Source: Gammaproteobacteria bacterium (lineage in GTDB: Bacteria; Pseudomonadota; Gammaproteobacteria; Thiohalospirales; Thiohalospiraceae). From it: 64,000 nt of DNA. The position numbers and the translations under genes are program-made. The notes under the pieces were generated by a model, which saw nothing but the letters and a program-made list of their open reading frames with translations, ran no database searches and was not told the DNA's origin. Shown piece by piece: positions 46,098 to 53,819 of the stretch (position 1 is its first letter; every line of letters begins with the position of its first letter). The stretch covers positions 3,035 to 67,034 of the forward strand of contig JAOUJT010000001.1 in NCBI GenBank assembly GCA_029883105.1, given 5' to 3'.

Positions 46098-48103
46098 TGT
46101 TCAGACTGGTTTTTGATATTGAAGGCGATGGGTTCCTAAGAGATGTAACACGGATGTGGACGATCATTATCCATAACTTAACCACAGGCGAGCGCGTGGA
46201 ATTCCTTGAGAATGACCTAGGCTGGCAGGATTATTTTAATAATAATGTGGGGATTGTAGTTGGGCATAACATTTTAGGATATGATGTTCCTGTCCTAGAA
46301 AAACTCTTTGGGTATAAATTCCCAAAAGAAACTCAATTTCATGACACGCTTTTGATGTCACAGATTCTTGACTACCGGCGATTCGGCTACCAAGGGCACT
46401 CACTAGCGGTGTGGGGTAAATCACTAAATTATCCAAAAATTGACTTCCACGACTTCTCAAAATGGACTCCTGAGATGTCTAAGTATTGTCACCAAGACGT
46501 AAATCTTAACGTTGAGGTGTATAAAATTCTAATACAAGAATATTATGATTTGTTTGACAAACTTGAGAAAGATGAGGGAACAGGTCATAGAATAAAAACA
46601 TTTCTTCAGGCTGAACATGCTGCCACTACTTGGCAAGCTCAGGCTGAATTGCACGGCTGGCCCTTCGACAAAGAAGGAGCTATTGAACTCTTCGGTAAGT
46701 TAGAGGAGGAACTGACTGAAATTCGGGATAAATTAGAAGGAGTCTTAGGCTCAAAGTCAATTGCAATCGACAAGGTAAAAGGAATTGTGCCTCACAAAGA
46801 ACCTAAGTGGGTTGCTACAGGGTACTATCATGCACATACTGCGCAGTGGTTTGGTATCGATCCTCGCTGCGGTTCTGATCTTTCTACAAAAGAGGCTCGT
46901 ATGATCATAGCCTCCGGCGAATATGAGGAGGAAGATGAAATAATGAAGATGGCTCAGGCTATCCTGACGCATGGTGAGCGACCGATTACAGGCCCGTATT
47001 GTAGAGTAGACTTCCAGAAACTAAAGTTAAGCTCTGTCGCAGATGTTAAAATTTATCTATATCGACATGGATGGGAACCCTCCGAATGGAACACTAAATG
47101 GAATCCTGCTACTAAAAAGAATGAAAACACTTCACCTAAAATCATTGATGACGATCTCGATCTTTTAGGCGAAAACGGAAGGTTGTATCGAGCCTTTACA
47201 ACAGCAGAATCTCGATACAGTATAGTAAAAACATGGATTGAAAACGTTGATGACAATGGAATGCTTCATGGAAACTCAAGGATGATAGGAACGCCGAGTA
47301 TGCGCGCTACACACCAGATCATTGTAAATGTACCCTCTGGAGAGCTTAAGGATGATGGAACTCCTGTTAGTAAATGGGGTCCTGAGATGAGAGCCTTGTT
47401 TAGGTCAAAGCCAGGCTGGAAATGCATAGGATGTGATTCAAAAGGCAACCAGGCGCGAGGTCTCGCACACTATCTAGGAGATCAGGAGTTTATAGACGTA
47501 ATCCTGCACGGTGATATTCATGCATACAACGCCGTTAAATTAACCGAAGCATTGTCGAAGATGGGTGTACAGCACACGGTACCAAGAAGTGCCGCAAAGA
47601 GAATCCTGTATGCCTTCCTATTTGGAGCTTCAGGTAAGAAGCTGTGGAGCTATATATTTGGCACCTTCAATGCAACTAAAGGAAATAAGTTAAAAAAGGA
47701 GTTTATTAAAGCAGTACCTGGGTTTGAAGACCTTAACAAAAAGCTGGAGAATATCTATGGAAGCACCTCAAAGTTTGGATACGGCTACATTCCTTCAATG
47801 GTTGGTAATAGAATTTATGTTGATTCTTTTCATAAACTTCTTGTATATTTACTACAATCCCTTGAAAAGATTACATGTAGCACTGCGGTTATGCTCACTA
47901 TGCAGCGTCTGGAGGAAGAAAGTATTCCATACATCCCTCTCATCTACTATCATGATGAGGAGGATTTCATGGTACCAGAAGAATTTGCAGAACGTGCAGC
48001 TGAAATAGGTTCAGGCGCCTTCAAGGATGCGGCGCTCCTATATGATATCAAAATAATGGATGGTGATGCAAAGATCGGCGACAGCTGGCTAGATATTCAT
48101 TAA
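46097..48103 (+). CDS. family A DNA polymerase with 3'-5' exonuclease domain
   Basis: Exo motifs FDIEGDGF, GHNILGYDVPVL, YCHQDVNL. Polymerase motifs CDSKGNQARGLAH (A), RSAAKRILYAFLFGAS (B), YYHDEEDF (C). Confidence 0.9.
   Translation: MFRLVFDIEGDGFLRDVTRMWTIIIHNLTTGERVEFLENDLGWQDYFNNNVGIVVGHNILGYDVPVLEKLFGYKFPKETQFHDTLLMSQILDYRRFGYQGHSLAVWGKSLNYPKIDFHDFSKWTPEMSKYCHQDVNLNVEVYKILIQEYYDLFDKLEKDEGTGHRIKTFLQAEHAATTWQAQAELHGWPFDKEGAIELFGKLEEELTEIRDKLEGVLGSKSIAIDKVKGIVPHKEPKWVATGYYHAHTAQWFGIDPRCGSDLSTKEARMIIASGEYEEEDEIMKMAQAILTHGERPITGPYCRVDFQKLKLSSVADVKIYLYRHGWEPSEWNTKWNPATKKNENTSPKIIDDDLDLLGENGRLYRAFTTAESRYSIVKTWIENVDDNGMLHGNSRMIGTPSMRATHQIIVNVPSGELKDDGTPVSKWGPEMRALFRSKPGWKCIGCDSKGNQARGLAHYLGDQEFIDVILHGDIHAYNAVKLTEALSKMGVQHTVPRSAAKRILYAFLFGASGKKLWSYIFGTFNATKGNKLKKEFIKAVPGFEDLNKKLENIYGSTSKFGYGYIPSMVGNRIYVDSFHKLLVYLLQSLEKITCSTAVMLTMQRLEEESIPYIPLIYYHDEEDFMVPEEFAERAAEIGSGAFKDAALLYDIKIMDGDAKIGDSWLDIH
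47532..47545 (+). promoter_or_regulatory. intragenic copy of the class-1 motif (CCGTTAAATTAACC)
   Basis: Exact 14-mer of the intergenic class-1 motif, inside the DNA polymerase ORF in the same orientation. Confidence 0.3.
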
Positions 48104-48144
48104 TCTAGGGAAACTAAATTTGAACCTTTTTAACAGGACATTTT

Positions 48145-48393
48145 GTGGCTAAATTTAAAAAAGTACGCAAGGCTCGACTTTTCAGGGCACTTGCAATAAA
48201 ACTTACGATGATGCGATCGTACAAGCACATGTACCCAGCACCTATGCGTCTCAAGCTCATTGAAGCGATAAATGAGTTAGGGAACTCGGGACATCGTATT
48301 CGTATGGACCTCTATCGAAAGCTCACTGAGCCAGTTCTCAAAGATGAGTTTTACAGGCCTCTCCGCGTGGCGTACCACAAGCGCGGGCGTTAA
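48145..48393 (+). CDS. small basic hypothetical protein
   Basis: 82-aa ORF with GTG start; Arg/Lys-rich. Confidence 0.45.
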   Translation: MAKFKKVRKARLFRALAIKLTMMRSYKHMYPAPMRLKLIEAINELGNSGHRIRMDLYRKLTEPVLKDEFYRPLRVAYHKRGR

Positions 48394-48454
48394 ATCCAAC
48401 AGTTCGTATAAAAGTTGGTCACACTCCAGGTATGCTCTGGAATTGTGTAAGAAG

Positions 48455-48488
48455 CTATCGCTAGCAACGATGCCGGAAAAGTAACCGT
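48455..48488 (+). promoter_or_regulatory. class-2 conserved motif, extended form (CTATCGCTAGCAACGATGCCGGAAAAGTAACCGT)
   Basis: 30/34 identical to 53336-53369. The core is shared with 45344 and 48668. Confidence 0.55.
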
Positions 48489-48667
48489 GCTTTTAACCAG
48501 GAAACTATTTGGAGGAAATAATATGCCTGAATAATAAGTAACTGCAACGAAGTGCAGCTCTCTAAAACAAATACTACTAGCTAGCATAGGGCGCAATCCA
48601 CAGGGGATATCTATGCAGAAACACCTACCAAAAATCTCATGCGATGTCTAGAAAATCCCGCGCTGAC

Positions 48668-48687
48668 ATCCCGGATAACGTAACCGG
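48668..48687 (+). promoter_or_regulatory. class-2 conserved motif (ATCCCGGATAACGTAACCGG)
   Basis: Core motif with a one-nt longer spacer. Lies 36 nt upstream of the 48723 start codon. Confidence 0.5.
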
Positions 48688-48722
48688 GGCTAATCAATTA
48701 TACAATCCGTATGGAGAGCATT

Positions 48723-49478
48723 ATGGCTGAAAATGTAGATGATGGCGGCTTTTCGTCAATTCTATCAAATAACAGAGAGAGGATGGATGAAATATCAACT
48801 CTCAAAAATAGCAAGGTAACAGGAAAGGCTCGCAATGTTGGGTTCGGCATTATTCTTATTGGGATTCTCCTAATGTTTATTGTCTTTGCAGCCCAAATTA
48901 TCACAGGAATGTTTGCTCTGGTTCTTACACTAGTTGTAAGTGTCGGCGGGTTTCTGGGACTCCGGTGGTTGAAAACAATGGATCCTCTCATTCGACAGAA
49001 GACATTGAATATGCGCCTGGAGAAGATGATAGGAGAAGCCAGGGAGAGGGCGATGGAGCAGTTGCAGAATCAGGTGATGAAGAATGCTGATCGTCTGGCA
49101 AATGCGAAGGAAGCGATTATTAAAGTAGGAGCACTTATTAATAAGATGGAAAGTAAAATAAATCCTGCCGACGCTGGCTCTGCAAAGCACACTAAAAAGC
49201 TTAAAATGAAAGCAAAGATAGAAGAAGCTCACGATGCTATGAAACAAAACTATGTAGCAGCGCAGGACGCCGATCTTGCCTTTAAAGCAAAAGTACATGA
49301 GTACCGTGAAATGGATGAATTTGCAGATATCGTTTCAGACGCACAGTCTATAATGAATTCAGCAGCAGACGGTGAGCTGGAAGAACTTCTATCACTGGAA
49401 GCTTTCGGACAGATCGAAACTAACTTTCATACTGCGGTAAGCTCTTTAGAAGCTTCTGCACTAGAATTTAAAGGGTAA
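48723..49478 (+). CDS. membrane-anchored coiled-coil protein
   Basis: ATG at 48723 after GGAGAG. Two TM helices (FGIILIGILLMFIVFAAQIITGMFALVLTLVVSVGGFLGL), then a long helical charged domain. Confidence 0.55.
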   Translation: MAENVDDGGFSSILSNNRERMDEISTLKNSKVTGKARNVGFGIILIGILLMFIVFAAQIITGMFALVLTLVVSVGGFLGLRWLKTMDPLIRQKTLNMRLEKMIGEARERAMEQLQNQVMKNADRLANAKEAIIKVGALINKMESKINPADAGSAKHTKKLKMKAKIEEAHDAMKQNYVAAQDADLAFKAKVHEYREMDEFADIVSDAQSIMNSAADGELEELLSLEAFGQIETNFHTAVSSLEASALEFKG

Positions 49479-49481
49479 CAC

Positions 49482-49634
49482 ATGGGTAAGTCAACAGATA
49501 TTCAATCATCTACACGTTGGATGTTGATCATCATTGGAATAGGTCTGGCGGCAATTGTGCTGGTAGGGCTCTCTAATGCATTTATCGGCGGATCATCTTC
49601 GCCATCCTCTTCAACTGAAGAACCATTGTTCTAA
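49482..49634 (+). CDS. small single-TM protein (50 aa, below ORF-track cutoff)
   Basis: MGKSTDIQSSTRWMLIIIGIGLAAIVLVGLSNAFIGGSSSPSSSTEEPLF. Tightly spaced between neighbouring genes. Confidence 0.45.
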   Translation: MGKSTDIQSSTRWMLIIIGIGLAAIVLVGLSNAFIGGSSSPSSSTEEPLF

Positions 49635-49643
49635 GGTATTACT

Positions 49644-50591
49644 ATGAAAAAATCAAGAAAAATGTTAACAGCATTCTGTGTAGCAGCGATGCTTATTGCG
49701 AATGTTCATGCAGGACAAACACTCCGTATCGGTACAGGTTCTGAAGCCGGTACATATTTCCCTCTAGGAAACGATATCAAGGATTTCTGTGGAGGTGCTA
49801 CAAGCAAGGAACTCGATGTACAGGTCAGTGGCGGCGCCATTGATAACTTGTTGGGACTCATCGAAAAGAGATACGATGCAGGTATTGTTCAGATCGATGT
49901 GTTGAAGTTTTATGAAACAAAAATAATGCCAACAAAAGTGAATGAAAACAGACTCAAGGTTGTAATGGGACTGCACGCTGAGTCGGGACACCTTCTGATT
50001 CCAAAAGGCTATAAACCATCAGGAGGCGGCTTTGGGAGTCTTCTTTCTAGCATAGGCGAAAATATTGGCGTCAATGATAAGAAAGGTATTAGTATCGATC
50101 TTATCAAAGGTCAAGAAGTAGCCGCCTGGGGAGGGAGCACGCTTAGTTTAAAGGCTTTAAGTTCTTTCCTGAAACTAGGAGTCAAGCCTGTTGATATAAA
50201 GAAAGGTCAGGCTGTGAATATGCCGATTCTTGTTATTGAAGGACAGCCTAGTTCTGTTGTACAGGGATACCTTGACAGTGGTAAATATACGTTGGTCCCG
50301 ATAGATCCTACAAGCGTGTCATCTGTTGCGCCTTTTTACTCTGCAACAACATTGACGTATATGTCAAAGGGCAAACAGTTCTCTGTGAAATCTTTTGCAG
50401 TGCGGGCTGTCTTAATAGGGAAGGCTTCAAGGAAAGCCGAAAGGAATGTAGCGTTCTCTGAACTAGCGACATGCCTCTCTAGTAGTTTAGAGGACCTTGC
50501 AGACGATTCAGCTACAAACCCGAATTGGGAAACGATCTTCGAACTTGTAGATGAAGGTCAAATCAATTGGGGCTATTTCCCACTCCTTTAG
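49644..50591 (+). CDS. periplasmic solute-binding protein, TAXI (TRAP-associated) family-like
   Basis: Signal peptide MKKSRKMLTAFCVAAMLIANVHA|G, then TLRIGTGSEAGTYFPLGNDI, which matches the TAXI N-terminal signature (l.igTGg.gGtYyp.G). Confidence 0.6.
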   Translation: MKKSRKMLTAFCVAAMLIANVHAGQTLRIGTGSEAGTYFPLGNDIKDFCGGATSKELDVQVSGGAIDNLLGLIEKRYDAGIVQIDVLKFYETKIMPTKVNENRLKVVMGLHAESGHLLIPKGYKPSGGGFGSLLSSIGENIGVNDKKGISIDLIKGQEVAAWGGSTLSLKALSSFLKLGVKPVDIKKGQAVNMPILVIEGQPSSVVQGYLDSGKYTLVPIDPTSVSSVAPFYSATTLTYMSKGKQFSVKSFAVRAVLIGKASRKAERNVAFSELATCLSSSLEDLADDSATNPNWETIFELVDEGQINWGYFPLL

Positions 50592-50606
50592 AAAACATAA
50601 CTACGG

Positions 50607-50636
50607 AGAGCCGCTGATAAGGGCGGCTCTTTCTTT
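50607..50636 (+). terminator. rho-independent terminator
   Basis: AGAGCCGC-N8-GCGGCTCT followed by TTCTTT. Confidence 0.75.
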
Positions 50637-50657
50637 AATAAATCATTGAGAAATAAA

Positions 50658-50978
50658 ATGGCTGAATATTTAGATGAACACGTGGATTTACTAATGATAA
50701 CTTTCGGAACACAAGAAGGTATCTTTAAGGATGGTATCCCGAAATTGATCAAGGCAATTGTAGCAAACAATCCTGCGTGGTTTGTTGGTCCTGCTCTTCT
50801 TATACACTACTCATGGGTGCCGGTAATCAAGGATAGAATTAGTACAGAAGGAGGGCGTATCTTCTTCGACGGTATGCAAATGATACCTACTGAGCAGGTT
50901 GAGGAATTTACAATAGCGCTTGTTGATGCAGGGACGGTATCGGAAGAGCCATCAGAAAACCCTAAGGAGCACCATTGA
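50658..50978 (+). CDS. hypothetical protein
   Basis: ATG at 50658; 106 aa. Confidence 0.5.
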   Translation: MAEYLDEHVDLLMITFGTQEGIFKDGIPKLIKAIVANNPAWFVGPALLIHYSWVPVIKDRISTEGGRIFFDGMQMIPTEQVEEFTIALVDAGTVSEEPSENPKEHH

Positions 50979-50979
50979 G

Positions 50980-51582
50980 ATGGATACTACTGATACTAGT
51001 TGGCGCTTCGAAGGTGCCGGTGAAGATTTCAAAAATCTCTGTTTAGCTTATCTAGGAGCAGCTTCTGAAGCAGAGCTAGCCGAGAAGGAAATGTATTGGA
51101 TCCTTCCACACGGTAAACATTGTGAAGAGCTCTGGGAAATCCCTCCTGCTATCAATATTGAACTTGAATTCAAAGATGTTGGAAGACCGGCTGCGTATGA
51201 TGAGAATGGTCTGCTAGAAGACGCAGGCTTTAGTATCGGATACGTAGCGTTTTGCACCTACAAAGGACGTAAGGTTATTCTTGAATGCAACGCGAGTCCT
51301 TATTGTATTCACTGGAAGAAGTCCGACTTTCCCGAAGTCTTTGAAAGCGATACTTCGACTGATCCACTAAAGGAAGCAGACCAATTATCCTATGAGGAGC
51401 GTTGTAAGCAATACCATATATATGAAGAAAGGGCGCATACACTACAGCATCTCGTAAATATCGTAGGGAAAGCCGTCAATAATCTGCCAATCTCCAAAGT
51501 GACCTCTGATGGAATACTGTGCATGAGTGTTAGCTCGTATAATGCCTTGCTTGATACCTTGGACGAATTTGTTACGGAGTGA
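50980..51582 (+). CDS. hypothetical protein
   Basis: ATG at 50980 immediately after the previous stop; 200 aa. Confidence 0.5.
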   Translation: MDTTDTSWRFEGAGEDFKNLCLAYLGAASEAELAEKEMYWILPHGKHCEELWEIPPAINIELEFKDVGRPAAYDENGLLEDAGFSIGYVAFCTYKGRKVILECNASPYCIHWKKSDFPEVFESDTSTDPLKEADQLSYEERCKQYHIYEERAHTLQHLVNIVGKAVNNLPISKVTSDGILCMSVSSYNALLDTLDEFVTE

Positions 51583-51776
51583 TTACTATGGAGGACCCGG
51601 AAGAGATATATCTGCAACCAGAATGTTGCATTGAATCTAACACAGGGAGGTTGTGGTGTGAAGACGATATTGATGATTGTCGCGAAGGAAATCCGTGGGT
51701 TCGATATATCCGTGCCGATCTCGTTGAGAGACGCGCTACAGAGATATCGGAGCTGCAAGAAGTCGTAAAAGAATGA
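51579..51776 (+). CDS. small Cys-rich hypothetical protein
   Basis: 65 aa, ATGA-type overlaps on both sides. Sequence EIYLQPECC....RLWCEDDIDDC....WVRYIRADL. Confidence 0.5.
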   Translation: MITMEDPEEIYLQPECCIESNTGRLWCEDDIDDCREGNPWVRYIRADLVERRATEISELQEVVKE

Positions 51777-52036
51777 GTGAAAGAGTAAAAAGATATGACC
51801 ATCTGCTCACTAGGGTAGAGTATCCGAGAGAAAGAGGTTACCGCATGGAGGCTATCCGCCTGCCGAAATGGATTCATATACGTATCACTGACACGGAACA
51901 CCATAAATACTTAACAGTACATTCTCGTATACATGTCAACAAAGAAGTCAGAGTTGGACCTAGCTATAGCTTAGCCTTTACTGACCATGAAATTATCAAG
52001 GAGCTGAGCAGCGACATAAGCTATCGGTTCCTTTAA
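51773..52036 (+). CDS. hypothetical protein
   Basis: 87-aa ORF with overlapping start. Confidence 0.5.
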   Translation: MSERVKRYDHLLTRVEYPRERGYRMEAIRLPKWIHIRITDTEHHKYLTVHSRIHVNKEVRVGPSYSLAFTDHEIIKELSSDISYRFL

Positions 52037-52053
52037 CTATTAGGAGACACTGA

Positions 52054-52524
52054 ATGCCAAGTGTAAAAGAAGAATGTCCTCTTTGCGAGGCTCGCAAAAC
52101 TATGAAACGACTCCACGCTGAAAATAAGGATCTGATTAGCCGCAATGCGTTTCTAAGACAGCGTCCAGATCTACCTGTCGACAGGATTCCTGCGTATGAA
52201 GAAATGAACAAGAAGATATCAGAGCTGGAGTGGAGGCTTATGATTGATACTCTGAATCCAAATAGACGACTACATCTTGAGGCGTTAGTGGCAAAGAATA
52301 AAAAGCTTGAAGAGGAACTGGAAAAGCTGAAAACACTGGTGGATAATTCAGCAGATGCCTTTGAGTACTTTGAAACCATTGAAGCGATGGGTGACGATGG
52401 AACTATCGTCGGAGGTGAACATATAGAACTTCTCGTTAAGGCAGCTAGAATTTCCAAGGAGTATGTTTTAGAGGAGCAAGATAACGTTTTGTATGTAGTA
52501 GATTCAACACAGGAGAAACAGTAG
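52054..52524 (+). CDS. coiled-coil hypothetical protein
   Basis: 156 aa with N-terminal CPLC. Confidence 0.5.
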   Translation: MPSVKEECPLCEARKTMKRLHAENKDLISRNAFLRQRPDLPVDRIPAYEEMNKKISELEWRLMIDTLNPNRRLHLEALVAKNKKLEEELEKLKTLVDNSADAFEYFETIEAMGDDGTIVGGEHIELLVKAARISKEYVLEEQDNVLYVVDSTQEKQ

Positions 52525-52526
52525 TA

Positions 52527-52865
52527 ATGGATATCACGACGTTAAAGATAATTCCTCTCCTGGATGTCCTTTATGATCTGCAAGAGCTAGAATGTAAGAC
52601 GTTTGGAATGGAAACTCCTCCAAAAGGACACTCCTTTAAATTACCAAACGGAGAGACTGGTATTAAGCAGAGACTATGGGAGATACTTCGAGAGCGTCAC
52701 TGGGGAAATCAAGACTTTGGAAACGACAGACTCTATATAATTCCTGTAGAAGAGCTGGCGGAACTTCCCGGAGACATGTTAGTACTCATTACACGTTGCG
52801 TCGATGCTATCAATGAGCCTACGGACTCTCTACCCGCATGTCTCGTCTTTTATATTAGCTGGTAG
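52527..52865 (+). CDS. hypothetical protein
   Basis: 112-aa ORF, 2 nt after the previous stop. Confidence 0.5.
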   Translation: MDITTLKIIPLLDVLYDLQELECKTFGMETPPKGHSFKLPNGETGIKQRLWEILRERHWGNQDFGNDRLYIIPVEELAELPGDMLVLITRCVDAINEPTDSLPACLVFYISW

Positions 52866-52871
52866 GTATTT

Positions 52872-53288
52872 ATGAATACTATACACATCGCAACGTTGGT
52901 TGACTTCGCAGAAGCGATAGAGTCTGGAAAGAAACTTTTCTATACAAACGGACTTCCTGTAGGTGAGAAAACACCATTAGGTGATATTAGAAACGCCATT
53001 GAGATGAAAAGGATCATACAATCGCCGTGGACCATTAACTTCGAGGACTATCGAGGATTTCTACCCACACCTATCCTTAAGGAACCTATTAAAGGAAGCC
53101 TCTACTATACTATTGTTGACGGTCGAGCCTCTGTAAAAGAATGGACAGACTCAAATGCTGATTGGAGACTTCTCACTACAGGTTTTGTCTGGTATACAGA
53201 TGAAGATGCAAACGGATTTCTGAAAGGAATGAAATTGCTTGTAGCTCATGTAGCAGGGGTTCCCTTACGAAAATCCAACGCGCAGTAA
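52872..53288 (+). CDS. hypothetical protein
   Basis: 138-aa ORF. Confidence 0.5.
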   Translation: MNTIHIATLVDFAEAIESGKKLFYTNGLPVGEKTPLGDIRNAIEMKRIIQSPWTINFEDYRGFLPTPILKEPIKGSLYYTIVDGRASVKEWTDSNADWRLLTTGFVWYTDEDANGFLKGMKLLVAHVAGVPLRKSNAQ

Positions 53289-53335
53289 GTCGGGGTTGGT
53301 TGCACTTGTGTCTGCGGACAAGTAATATTATAAAA

Positions 53336-53369
53336 CTATCGCTCGCATCGATCCCGGAAAAGTAACCGG
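53336..53369 (+). promoter_or_regulatory. class-2 conserved motif, extended form (CTATCGCTCGCATCGATCCCGGAAAAGTAACCGG)
   Basis: 30/34 identical to 48455-48488. Lies in a 366-nt non-coding gap. Confidence 0.55.
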
Positions 53370-53578
53370 AGTCTCTGACTTAGAGACAGACCACGTCCTA
53401 ATAAAATGGGAGAATAAAATGTGAATCAGGGGAGGACTGCGGCCTAGATGTCCGTAGATAGCCGTTTTTAAGATAGTAGGCGAACAATAAAAACAAGAGA
53501 CCTGTTGAGGTTTCGATAATATGACTTCGAGTCTGCAGCAACTAGGCAGATCAAGTACGTATTTTCAACTGTGAAAGA

Positions 53579-53624
53579 AGCCTCCTTCTGGTCGATGTCT
53601 GCTAGCGGCATTCAGAAGGAGGTT
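53579..53624 (+). other. long RNA/DNA stem-loop in a non-coding region
   Basis: CCTCCTTCTG (53581-53590) pairs perfectly with CAGAAGGAGG (53613-53622) around a 22-nt loop, with two further flanking pairs. Confidence 0.5.
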
Positions 53625-53654
53625 GTATTAACTTAAAATAAATAGGAGCGTACG

Positions 53655-53819
53655 ATGATACGTGCAGTACTTGTAGGTGGTAGATGGTTAGCATTACAGA
53701 TAAGAGACGTTGAAGATGACATTCAGAACATCAATACTTTTCTTGAATCTAGTGAATGCGTTTTATTAGTAGAAGATCTAGAGGATATACCTCCTGGCTT
53801 TGAAGTGGAGATGGTGTAG
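53655..53819 (+). CDS. small acidic protein (54 aa, below ORF-track cutoff)
   Basis: TAGGAG RBS. MIRAVLVGGRWLALQIRDVEDD...GFEVEMV. The TAG stop overlaps the GTG start of the HD gene. Confidence 0.5.
   Translation: MIRAVLVGGRWLALQIRDVEDDIQNINTFLESSECVLLVEDLEDIPPGFEVEMV

Noticed and set aside
48523-48534. Three-codon mini-ORFs: ATG CCT GAA TAA at 48523, and ATG GGA GAA TAA at 53406-53417.
   Set aside because: Not reported as genes. The length is far below anything callable, only the first has an SD, and the similarity (ATGnnnGAATAA) may be chance in AT-rich leaders. Kept only as a remark inside a finding.
53289-53654. Search for tRNA, tmRNA or CRISPR repeats in the four large non-coding gaps (1026-1378, 38684-38994, 48394-48722, 53289-53654).
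   Set aside because: No cloverleaf with a GTTCRANYC-type T-loop and matching acceptor stem could be drawn. The TTCGAGTC at ~53526 has no flanking T-stem. No regularly spaced direct repeats are present.
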